Positions 20,788-28,409 of a DNA stretch of 54,062 nt are shown piece after piece. This DNA comes from an uncultured Porticoccaceae bacterium. GTDB taxonomy: Bacteria; Pseudomonadota; Gammaproteobacteria; Pseudomonadales; Porticoccaceae. The notes under the pieces are model-generated. The model made no database searches. It had not been told where the DNA came from and worked only from the letters and a program-made list of their open reading frames with translations. The stretch is from positions 2,868 to 56,929 of the forward strand of contig CAYWXW010000003.1 in the NCBI GenBank assembly GCA_964462265.1, in the 5' to 3' direction. The stretch's first letter is position 1; each line of letters begins with the position of its first letter. The translations under genes and the position numbers were made by a program.

Positions 20788-21842
20788 TATTTTCTCCAAG
20801 TAGATTTTAAGCGTGGATTTGTTATCTTGAGTTTTAAATCCTTTAATAATTTAAATTTATCAAAATTTTTCATTATTAATGATGTATCTGATTCTTTCTT
20901 ATAATGTTTAAGTACTTTAATTGGTTTATATTTCATTTTTTGTTTTTTAAGCTTCCCATTAAAACCACAATAACCTAAATTTATTAAAAAATGATTCCCT
21001 ATTTTATTATACCAATTATCAATACCTCTAAGCAAAATCATCTCATTAGCTTCGGGTAATAAATTATAATCATAATGTCTATAACCAGTTGTTGATAAAA
21101 TATGATCATTTGATATTTTTTCTGTTAATTCATATACAAGTTGTTGTTCACTTTGAACATCATGTATCGATAGATATTGAAACAAATCTAAATTATTGAT
21201 GTCTTTATGATATCGCTTAATATATGCTGATGGGTCTTCCCAAATACGATTATTATTATTTTTCCATCTATTTAACCAATGATCAAGAAGATCTAATGAT
21301 TTACTAATTGTATTATTGGAAGGATTTGTTATAAACAAATTTTCCATTAGATTAATATTTAATTGCTTCTCATATTGATTCTTACGCCATCTAAGTTTTT
21401 TAAAATCTTTACCTTTGAGTTCAATAAGCTTTTCAGAACTAGCAATATAATCATCAAAAGTTGATAAATATTTCCAATCACTATAATTATACCTTTCCAT
21501 ATCTTCTTCAGATATAATTATATTAACACCATGATTTGATAAGTAATCTATTATATCTTTTTCTTTATTGATATCACCATTTTTATTAATTGGTGCAGAA
21601 GATAGAGTTATAGACCCACCTTTTTTTCTCTTATATATTGATAAATTAAAATATAAAAAAGTATCATCAACTATTGTATAAAAATATTTTTCCTGACAAT
21701 ATAAATCTAAAAAACTCATACGTGAGGTTGAATAATCATGTGACTCAAAATATTTATCAAAATACTTTTGAATCTCTAAATGCTTATCAATTGATGGTTT
21801 TTTTATATCAAGATTGTTGAAAAAATCTATAAATTCTTTCAT
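20787..21842 (-). CDS. DUF2156 / MprF C-terminal-like protein, paralog B
   Basis: DDYIASSEKLIELKGKDFKKLRWRKNQ and INLGYCGFNGKLKKQKMKYKP align with the same blocks in paralog A. Confidence 0.5.
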   Translation of the reverse strand: MKEFIDFFNNLDIKKPSIDKHLEIQKYFDKYFESHDYSTSRMSFLDLYCQEKYFYTIVDDTFLYFNLSIYKRKKGGSITLSSAPINKNGDINKEKDIIDYLSNHGVNIIISEEDMERYNYSDWKYLSTFDDYIASSEKLIELKGKDFKKLRWRKNQYEKQLNINLMENLFITNPSNNTISKSLDLLDHWLNRWKNNNNRIWEDPSAYIKRYHKDINNLDLFQYLSIHDVQSEQQLVYELTEKISNDHILSTTGYRHYDYNLLPEANEMILLRGIDNWYNKIGNHFLINLGYCGFNGKLKKQKMKYKPIKVLKHYKKESDTSLIMKNFDKFKLLKDLKLKITNPRLKSTWRK

Positions 21843-22506
21843 ATGAGTTATCCCCTAAATAAAATCTTATCTCTTTTTCAAATTCAATGTATATTGGTTT
21901 TTGTAAAATAAAACCATCTTTTGTACCACTCATACAAGGCATATATTTAACACTTTCCCAAAATCTTGATAGTTTATTAATAGGATCATTATCATCTATA
22001 GTTTTACTAAAAATAAAATATCTATGATCATCTAAAACTATAATATCTAACGGAAATAAAGCACAAGATATTGGTTTATATTTTAAAGGATGATCACCAT
22101 GATCAACTGCATATTTTTGTAATACACACCCTTTCATACTTGAGTTTATATCTTGCATCATAATACAATGATTTTTGTTTTCATTATCTTTTAATTCTTT
22201 TATAATATTAGACTTATTAAATATTTGTTTTATATTCGTTTTAATATCTTTATAATCTAAATCCTTTAAAATTATCTTAATCATATTTTTATAATCATCG
22301 GTAACTTTAAATGGAGAACCATTACAACATCCATATTTTTTAGGACATAAATAACAATTTAAACTTATACCATTTGCTAATGATATTTTATCAAAAATTA
22401 AATTTTTATCTTTAATTAACCGATCACCATTATTATGAATGAAATCATAAACTCTATTAATTGTAACTTTTCTTAATTTTCGATTTTCTAACCCAAAATA
22501 ATGCAT
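21808..22506 (-). CDS. cysteine-cluster protein (YkgJ/CxxCxxCC-type putative Fe-S or Zn domain)
   Basis: CYLCPKKYGCCNGSPF matches the CxxCxxCC family pattern. Further conserved Cys residues lie downstream. Confidence 0.5.
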   Translation of the reverse strand: MHYFGLENRKLRKVTINRVYDFIHNNGDRLIKDKNLIFDKISLANGISLNCYLCPKKYGCCNGSPFKVTDDYKNMIKIILKDLDYKDIKTNIKQIFNKSNIIKELKDNENKNHCIMMQDINSSMKGCVLQKYAVDHGDHPLKYKPISCALFPLDIIVLDDHRYFIFSKTIDDNDPINKLSRFWESVKYMPCMSGTKDGFILQKPIYIEFEKEIRFYLGDNSYERIYRFFQQS

Positions 22507-22763
22507 TAGTCTTTCTCAACATATTTTTTTAATTTATAATAATAGTCTTTTCTTTCATTTAAATGAGCCAATGCAATTTCGAGAGCAACCATTGCATCAG
22601 TAGTATGCTCAAATTCAATCTGCATACCTTCACACAGATCAGATGGTTTAAATTTTGATATATCAGATTTTTTAACTTTACTCCCCTTTAAAGAAGTCTT
22701 AAAGTTATCAATGTTTATATTAAATCTTGCTTCTATCTCTAATTTAGCTTCTTTAAACCCCAT
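22506..22763 (-). CDS. small conserved phage protein (DUF5661-like)
   Basis: GMQIEFEHTTDAMVALEIALAHLNERKDYYYKLKK resembles the E.EHT...A..IA.DHL.E...YY..L motif. Confidence 0.45.
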   Translation of the reverse strand: MGFKEAKLEIEARFNINIDNFKTSLKGSKVKKSDISKFKPSDLCEGMQIEFEHTTDAMVALEIALAHLNERKDYYYKLKKYVEKD

Positions 22764-22766
22764 AAT

Positions 22767-23903
22767 TTACTCCTTTATAAAAACATAAATTCTTTCAAAT
22801 TTAAAACCAAACTTATCTTGAGTTCTTTCGTTTACATCTTTATTACGCATAAAAGGTGATTTATTTAGTTTTTGATTTAATATCTCATCTATCTTAAATC
22901 CTGTCTGTTTTGCAATGGAGAGCGTATCTTTCTCTAATGGGTATATCTTACCCTTAATAGTAACATCAGCAATGTTTATAACCAAACGTCCACCTTTTTT
23001 GAGTAAATACCACTGATTTTGAATCATAGGTAACAAAAAACCATCAATCCAATCATTATAATCATCACCATGTTTTAGATGATGTTGATTTTCATCACTT
23101 GAATATATTTCTTTTATAAAATAAGGTGGTGATGAAAAACATAGATCAAAATATTCCTTATATTTTTTTGGTCTAAAATCTTCAGCAGGACATTCGATAA
23201 AATCAAATTTTTTCTTACGAAATCCTTTCTTAGAATATGCTTTAACAATCATATCGTAAGATTTAAAATTTTTATGATTAACATCAACACCAACATATTC
23301 TTTACAACTAGAAGCTAAAAAACCAACAAGTCTCGCACCCCACCCCATTGAAAAATCAAAAACCTTGCCACGTCTACCATATAATTCATAAATTATTTTT
23401 GCAATATCCGGTTTATAATTATATGTAAAATAACCACCTGATAAAGATCTCAAAAATTTACGAAAAAATTTCATAGTTTTCTCATGCGATCTAAAAATTT
23501 TTTTATCTCTCAAAAACTTATCAAGCAATTTTTGCATTTTTATAGGATCATGCCATATATCATATAAAGATGGTTTATCATGTGATCTTGCTTCCCACAT
23601 ATGTTTAAAGAAAACATTTGCTAAAAGAACAAATGATACATTACCCCAATTTAGAAATTTCTCACCTTTTATAATTTCTATTTTATCAATAACACTCATT
23701 TGTTCTAATTTTTTGAAAAGACTTCTATAATCATTATCATCATTCCAATCTTCCCAATATATACCAAAATCAATTAACTCTTGAATATTATTTTTAAATA
23801 TATCCAATGGTATATTAGCCTTTGGTATTAAACCCATATTATATTTTTGTAATATATTTTGTTTCTCTTTTTCTGTATATTGCTTTGAAATATATTTTGG
23901 CAT
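22767..23903 (-). CDS. SAM-dependent methyltransferase with SPPY motif (putative DNA N4-C/N6-A methyltransferase)
   Basis: Motif I VFDFSMGWGARL, followed by motif IV CFSSPPYF. Confidence 0.6.
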   Translation of the reverse strand: MPKYISKQYTEKEKQNILQKYNMGLIPKANIPLDIFKNNIQELIDFGIYWEDWNDDNDYRSLFKKLEQMSVIDKIEIIKGEKFLNWGNVSFVLLANVFFKHMWEARSHDKPSLYDIWHDPIKMQKLLDKFLRDKKIFRSHEKTMKFFRKFLRSLSGGYFTYNYKPDIAKIIYELYGRRGKVFDFSMGWGARLVGFLASSCKEYVGVDVNHKNFKSYDMIVKAYSKKGFRKKKFDFIECPAEDFRPKKYKEYFDLCFSSPPYFIKEIYSSDENQHHLKHGDDYNDWIDGFLLPMIQNQWYLLKKGGRLVINIADVTIKGKIYPLEKDTLSIAKQTGFKIDEILNQKLNKSPFMRNKDVNERTQDKFGFKFERIYVFIKE

Positions 23904-23921
23904 AGTAACAAGATCCTTTAT

Positions 23922-24911
23922 CTACAAATAACTTGATATTTCTTTTAAAAAATTAACCATATTTGAGTTTGTTCGCATACACATAAAATTATTAGTATCA
24001 TAAATAGTAATTGCGCCAATTACATCAAATATATGTTTTTTAGCAAATTTATCTAAATTATCTTCAACTAACTTAAAAATTTCATTTACTGCATGATCAC
24101 CTACATATTTATATAAGCTCTCATGTTTGCCATCTTTTAAAATTTCTTTTAATCCATCAAAATCACCTTTAAAATCGTTAAAATAAATTTGTTTGGGTAT
24201 TTTATAAACCATAGAACCATCAACTTCTGTATATGCATTTGTAATAGCTATATTTTGTATTGTTTGTATTAATCTACGCATATCACAGCTATTATCAATA
24301 TATTCATATATAAATTCTCTCAAAGTTGATTTATCTACTATTACAACACCTTCCATTTTACATATTTGTCTTATACGTCTAAATAAAGGTTTTTTAATCT
24401 CTTCAATCTCTTCTTTAGTAAAGTTAAAATTAATTTCTACCAATCTTGACTCTCTAATAGGTGCAATTATCTTATGCGGTTCATTTGCTGTAAATAAAAA
24501 TATAACTCTACGAGAATGTTTCTCCATCATGCTACGCAATCCTGCTTGTAGCTGTGGTGTCATGCTATCGGCTTCTTCCAATATAACAATACGAGGTTTA
24601 TTATTACGGAGACCTCTCTCACAATAATCTTTTAGTGTTCCTCTCAAAACATCAATACCTCTATCATCAGATGCATTAATAACTAAAGTCTCCCATTTAA
24701 GAGTTTTAGCTAAAGCAAAAGCACTGGTGCTTTTACCTGATCCCTGACGACCAGAAAATATCATACTCTGTACTTGACCAGAAGCAACCATATTAGCAAA
24801 CATTGATGAATATCTTTTAGGTAAAATTACATCATTAATATTATTTGGTCTATATTTTTGAACCCATGTCATCTCATTAGATTGTTTATCTGTAATCTTT
24901 AAATCTGCCAT
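23922..24911 (-). CDS. gp44: sliding-clamp loader large subunit (T4 gp44, RFC-like AAA+)
   Basis: WVQKYRPNNINDVILP, P-loop GRQGSGKST, Walker B ILEEAD, and ESRL. Confidence 0.9.
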   Translation of the reverse strand: MADLKITDKQSNEMTWVQKYRPNNINDVILPKRYSSMFANMVASGQVQSMIFSGRQGSGKSTSAFALAKTLKWETLVINASDDRGIDVLRGTLKDYCERGLRNNKPRIVILEEADSMTPQLQAGLRSMMEKHSRRVIFLFTANEPHKIIAPIRESRLVEINFNFTKEEIEEIKKPLFRRIRQICKMEGVVIVDKSTLREFIYEYIDNSCDMRRLIQTIQNIAITNAYTEVDGSMVYKIPKQIYFNDFKGDFDGLKEILKDGKHESLYKYVGDHAVNEIFKLVEDNLDKFAKKHIFDVIGAITIYDTNNFMCMRTNSNMVNFLKEISSYL

Positions 24912-24913
24912 GA

Positions 24914-25081
24914 TTAATCTTCCTCAATAATCCAATTATTATCTTTGCATTTCAAACAATGTATTAATTCATTAATATCATACTTTTCTGTTACATCAAT
25001 ACCTTGTGGTTGTTTTAAAACCTGTTTATGACCACATGATGCACATGTAATAATTTTTTTATTTAATTTTATTTTATCCAT
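24914..25081 (-). CDS. small zinc-ribbon protein (55 aa, below the track cutoff)
   Basis: Hand translation gives MDKIKLNKKIITCASCGHKQVLKQPQGIDVTEKYDINELIHCLKCKDNNWIIEED. AAGGA lies 8 nt upstream, and the stop is 2 nt before the gp44 ATG. Confidence 0.55.
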   Translation of the reverse strand: MDKIKLNKKIITCASCGHKQVLKQPQGIDVTEKYDINELIHCLKCKDNNWIIEED

Positions 25082-25110
25082 AATTTTAATCCTTATAAAT
25101 ATATTTTAAT

Positions 25111-25323
25111 TTATTTATTAGGTAACTGTGATTTGATTTTTTCAATTATTAAATCACAGTTACCTAATGTAAAATCATGATCTAATTCAGGGGTTATTTT
25201 AATTTGATATTTATTACTCTCATAAAAAATATGAAAATAATCATTTAGTTTAACTATCTTCATATAACTTATTAGACCCTCATTATCTCTATATGATTTA
25301 AATTTTATATTATCATTAGACAT
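25111..25323 (-). CDS. hypothetical protein
   Basis: 70-aa ORF between gp45 and gp44. Its last 18 codons contain an 18-bp perfect inverted repeat. Confidence 0.45.
   Translation of the reverse strand: MSNDNIKFKSYRDNEGLISYMKIVKLNDYFHIFYESNKYQIKITPELDHDFTLGNCDLIIEKIKSQLPNK
25117..25168 (-). repeat. 18-bp perfect inverted repeat (hairpin, 16-nt loop)
   Basis: ATTAGGTAACTGTGATTT (25117-25134) is the exact reverse complement of AAATCACAGTTACCTAAT (25151-25168). No U-tract follows it on either strand. Confidence 0.9.
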
Positions 25324-25351
25324 TTTTAAAATAACCCTCTTTAAATATTTT

Positions 25352-26134
25352 TTAATCTATATCTTCGAAATCATCATCCATTATATCATCATCTATTAAA
25401 TGTGATATAGTCATATCATATTTACCATCATCAGAAACTAAGTATACATCTTCCTCTTCCTCAAAATAATAACAAGTCCAAGGCATTTCTATTAAATTAT
25501 TAATATCTATGAAAAATTCATGATTATGATCAAATTTGCTTTCTTTTAAAAGATTTAATTCAATATCATATTCTCTCTCATTTTTAAGATCAATATTAAT
25601 TAATTTAAAATTAATTTTATCTTTCTTTTTGCCTTTATTAAAAGATATACAAAGATCCTTTAAACCAAATTTACTTGAAATGTTTTTTAATTCCTTAATT
25701 GTCTCAGGTGCAAATTCAAATGAGAAAAAATTATGATCGTCTAACTCAGATAATCTACTTTTAAAACTATCAATATGTTCAACTGCCTTCTCTATATCAT
25801 TCTCAATATCTTTTTTAATATCACCATACTCAAGAGTAAAATTAAAACTCTTTTTATCATTTTGACTTTTAAAAATTATTGACTCATTTTTAAATTGGTA
25901 ATCAAAACCATCAAAAATTTGAAAAGCTGATATAAATTGATTTAAATCAGTAACAGCAAATTCCTCATTAAAAGTCGATCCCTCATATCTTAATATAATA
26001 TCACCTGATGTTGATGTATTAACTAAAGCATCTTCTTTAAATAAAACAGAAGAGTTATCAATACTATTAATTACTTGCATAGTATTGATAATAGATTTTA
26101 CATTGATATCATTATCCTTTGTTTTTTTAGCCAT
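25352..26134 (-). CDS. gp45: sliding clamp (T4 gp45-like) with acidic C-terminal tail
   Basis: IINTMQVINS, FAVTDLNQFISAF and FFIDINNLIEMP are collinear with T4 gp45 LLKNFATINS, VAIYDLNGFLGIL and FNFIINMANMKMQP. Confidence 0.75.
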   Translation of the reverse strand: MAKKTKDNDINVKSIINTMQVINSIDNSSVLFKEDALVNTSTSGDIILRYEGSTFNEEFAVTDLNQFISAFQIFDGFDYQFKNESIIFKSQNDKKSFNFTLEYGDIKKDIENDIEKAVEHIDSFKSRLSELDDHNFFSFEFAPETIKELKNISSKFGLKDLCISFNKGKKKDKINFKLINIDLKNEREYDIELNLLKESKFDHNHEFFIDINNLIEMPWTCYYFEEEEDVYLVSDDGKYDMTISHLIDDDIMDDDFEDID

Positions 26135-26145
26135 TATTATTCTCC

Positions 26146-27396
26146 TTAATCTTGTAATTCATCAATTGCGTCTTCTATGGCGTCCCTTAACTCATCCTCA
26201 TCAAGATTTTTCCAACCTTTAATTTTTATATCAAATTCTTTCATGTATTTTACTAACTCTTTTTTATTCATTGCATCTAAATCAACCTCATCTTCATCTT
26301 CTGATTCATCTTCATCTTCTGATTCATCTTCTAATTCATCTTCATCTTCTAATTCATCTTCATCTTCTAATTCATCTTCATCTTCTGGATCTTCTGATTC
26401 ATTTTCAGACTCATTATTACTTTCATCATCTTTATCTTCTAATTCATTATCAGAATCATCATGCTCGGACTCAATATCTTGTATTGCGTCTCTTAACTCA
26501 TCTTCAGACATTTTTTTCCAACCTTTAATTTTATAACCATGTTCTTTCATATATTCAACAAGCTCATCTTCATCAAGATCATCAAGATCAATATCATAAT
26601 CATCATCTTTTTTTATTTTATCTTGTATGTCTGCTTTCAATGCGGCTCCAGTTAATGTATCCAGATAATCATTCATTTCAATAACACTCATATAATCATC
26701 TTTGTTTATAAACTCTTCTAGATCATAGGTAGTCTCTAATACAGCATCCCATTTTTTAGTTTTGCCATTTAAAAATGCTGATGGTTTACGATCAACATTG
26801 CAACCATCGAAATTAGGTACATTTCTACCATCCCATTCTTTAACTTTAATATTGATTGTAAAATCATAACCCTCTTCACTAATATCCCAAACATTTTTAT
26901 CTTTTTCTTCAAGTGCATCATTAATAATTTTATATATTGTATATGGTAATTCCAAAACAACAACTGTATTAACTAATTCAGGTCTCTCATCCCATTCAAT
27001 AATATATGCATTGGCAAGATATTTACGTTTAGACATTCTTTTCTTTAATACTTCCTTTAAAGAATCATCAGCATCAGTCCAATCAGCCCATATTCTTTCA
27101 CACTGTGGACATTCCTCACCTAGATTCTCTAAACATTTAAAACTAACATTTTTTGTTCCATGTTTATACCAATGTGAAAAATTTTTAGCTATCAATAAAT
27201 CACTTTTTTCCTCAAGATAAGCCATACTAGGTAAAAATCTAACAACTATTTCTTGACCTTTTTCATCAGGTGTAAGACCTAATTTAATTATTCTTGAATC
27301 TTCTTCAAAGCTCTGAGTTGTATTTAAACTCTCAGTTGATTTTTTAGTTCTCTCACGTAAGTTTTGTTTAGATAACATGCTTGCTACTCTGCTCAT
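26146..27396 (-). CDS. gp32: ssDNA-binding protein (T4 gp32-like) with expanded C-terminal region
   Basis: VVRFLPS and the zinc site H...C(x8)CPQC match the T4 gp32 layout. The C-terminus carries two about 30-aa repeats and an acidic tandem repeat. Confidence 0.85.
   Translation of the reverse strand: MSRVASMLSKQNLRERTKKSTESLNTTQSFEEDSRIIKLGLTPDEKGQEIVVRFLPSMAYLEEKSDLLIAKNFSHWYKHGTKNVSFKCLENLGEECPQCERIWADWTDADDSLKEVLKKRMSKRKYLANAYIIEWDERPELVNTVVVLELPYTIYKIINDALEEKDKNVWDISEEGYDFTINIKVKEWDGRNVPNFDGCNVDRKPSAFLNGKTKKWDAVLETTYDLEEFINKDDYMSVIEMNDYLDTLTGAALKADIQDKIKKDDDYDIDLDDLDEDELVEYMKEHGYKIKGWKKMSEDELRDAIQDIESEHDDSDNELEDKDDESNNESENESEDPEDEDELEDEDELEDEDELEDESEDEDESEDEDEVDLDAMNKKELVKYMKEFDIKIKGWKNLDEDELRDAIEDAIDELQD
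26288..26400 (-). repeat. in-frame tandem repeat (18-nt and 12-nt units) encoding an (E/D)-rich tract in gp32
   Basis: tcatcttcatcttctgat x2, tcatcttctaat, tcatcttcatcttctaat x2, then a variant. This encodes EDEDELEDEDELEDEDELEDESEDEDESEDEDE. Confidence 0.9.
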
Positions 27397-27408
27397 AAAT
27401 TACTCCTT

Positions 27409-27636
27409 TTAATAATTAATTTTCTTTCGATCATTGCGTTTAAGCAAATTTTTACGCCTACACTCTTTTTCTAATTTACCACGTATAAGATCGTGATATT
27501 TTATTAACTTAATATCATCTATATGGTAGCCTTGTCGATATAATTCTTTTATAGCTTCTAAATAACCAATCTCTCGACCCTTATTTAGAACAAATTGAAT
27601 TATATCTGGATCTATATCTTTTTTTGATTTAGCCAT
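27409..27636 (-). CDS. hypothetical small basic protein
   Basis: 75-aa ORF, the first gene downstream of a sigma70-like promoter. Confidence 0.55.
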   Translation of the reverse strand: MAKSKKDIDPDIIQFVLNKGREIGYLEAIKELYRQGYHIDDIKLIKYHDLIRGKLEKECRRKNLLKRNDRKKINY

Positions 27637-27686
27637 TTTTGATTTGACCTCATAAGTTTAAATAACATAGCAACAAAATTAAAGTT

Positions 27687-27715
27687 AATATATATTTAAA
27701 TAATCATCTTGTCAA
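27687..27715 (-). promoter_or_regulatory. sigma70-like promoter TTGACA-N17-TATATT
   Basis: On the minus strand, TTGACA is at 27715-27710, followed by the 17-nt spacer AGATGATTATTTAAATA and TATATT at 27692-27687. The gap is otherwise non-coding. Confidence 0.6.
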
Positions 27716-27731
27716 CAAAATTAAATTATTT

Positions 27732-28352
27732 TTAATCATCATTCCAATCATCAGTAAAGTTTTGATTTATCTCATTGCGCATATCAATATCCTCGTTTGT
27801 ATCATTTTGATCTTCAATATATTGTGAGTCATCACGTGTTGGTATATTACTATCAACTTCGATATTTCCTGTATTTATAGATTCATGAGAATATGTCCAA
27901 ACTTCAACCTCTATGTGATAACAAAGATCATAACCATGTGTCTTATAATCCTCTCTATTAATATCATCAAAACCTTGTATTTTAAAAAACTTATTGAATA
28001 ATGGTACATATAAAATATCTCTAATTACTGGTTTTTCTATTTCACCACCAGTATAGAATTTAAAAGCTTCTATCTCAATAGTGAAACCTTGTTGCATTAA
28101 AAAATCAGCTCCATATATATTTGTACTTGAAGACCCACCTGTAAATGCAGCAACATCTCCAAGATCCATTGTCATCTCATATGATTTTTCAAAACTACTC
28201 AAATAATCTTCACCATGTAATTTATCTATATTTAAAGATGTACGAGGTAAATAAAAAACAGGATGACCATATTTTTCAATTGATTCTCTCTCAGCTCTTG
28301 CAAATAATTTTGCTTCTTTAAAACTTACACCATTAAAAGTCTGTGATTTCAT
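27732..28352 (-). CDS. gp14: neck protein (T4 gp14-like)
   Basis: RESIEKYGHPVFYLPR, HGED, PVIRDILYVPLFNKFFKIQGF and EVWTYSHESINTG follow T4 gp14 ([54 protein letters not shown]). Confidence 0.6.
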   Translation of the reverse strand: MKSQTFNGVSFKEAKLFARAERESIEKYGHPVFYLPRTSLNIDKLHGEDYLSSFEKSYEMTMDLGDVAAFTGGSSSTNIYGADFLMQQGFTIEIEAFKFYTGGEIEKPVIRDILYVPLFNKFFKIQGFDDINREDYKTHGYDLCYHIEVEVWTYSHESINTGNIEVDSNIPTRDDSQYIEDQNDTNEDIDMRNEINQNFTDDWNDD

Positions 28353-28386
28353 ATGTCACACCTTAATATATTATTTCTCTTAATAT

Positions 28387-28394
28387 TATTTATA
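28387..28394 (-). promoter_or_regulatory. T4-type late promoter TATAAATA upstream of gp14-like gene
   Basis: Exact octamer 34 nt upstream of ATG 28352. Confidence 0.6.
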
Positions 28395-28409
28395 TTTTAT
28401 TTTTTTACC

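Noticed and set aside
26177-26536. Plus-strand ORFs (119 aa and 85 aa) rich in Ser, or in His and Leu
   Set aside because: They are the antisense reading of the acidic GAx-repeat region of gp32. Such open frames are expected artefacts of a tandem repeat.
26769-27220. ORFs at 26769-26963(-) and 27011-27220(+)
   Set aside because: Both are nested in other frames or on the other strand of the gp32 core domain, which is strongly supported.
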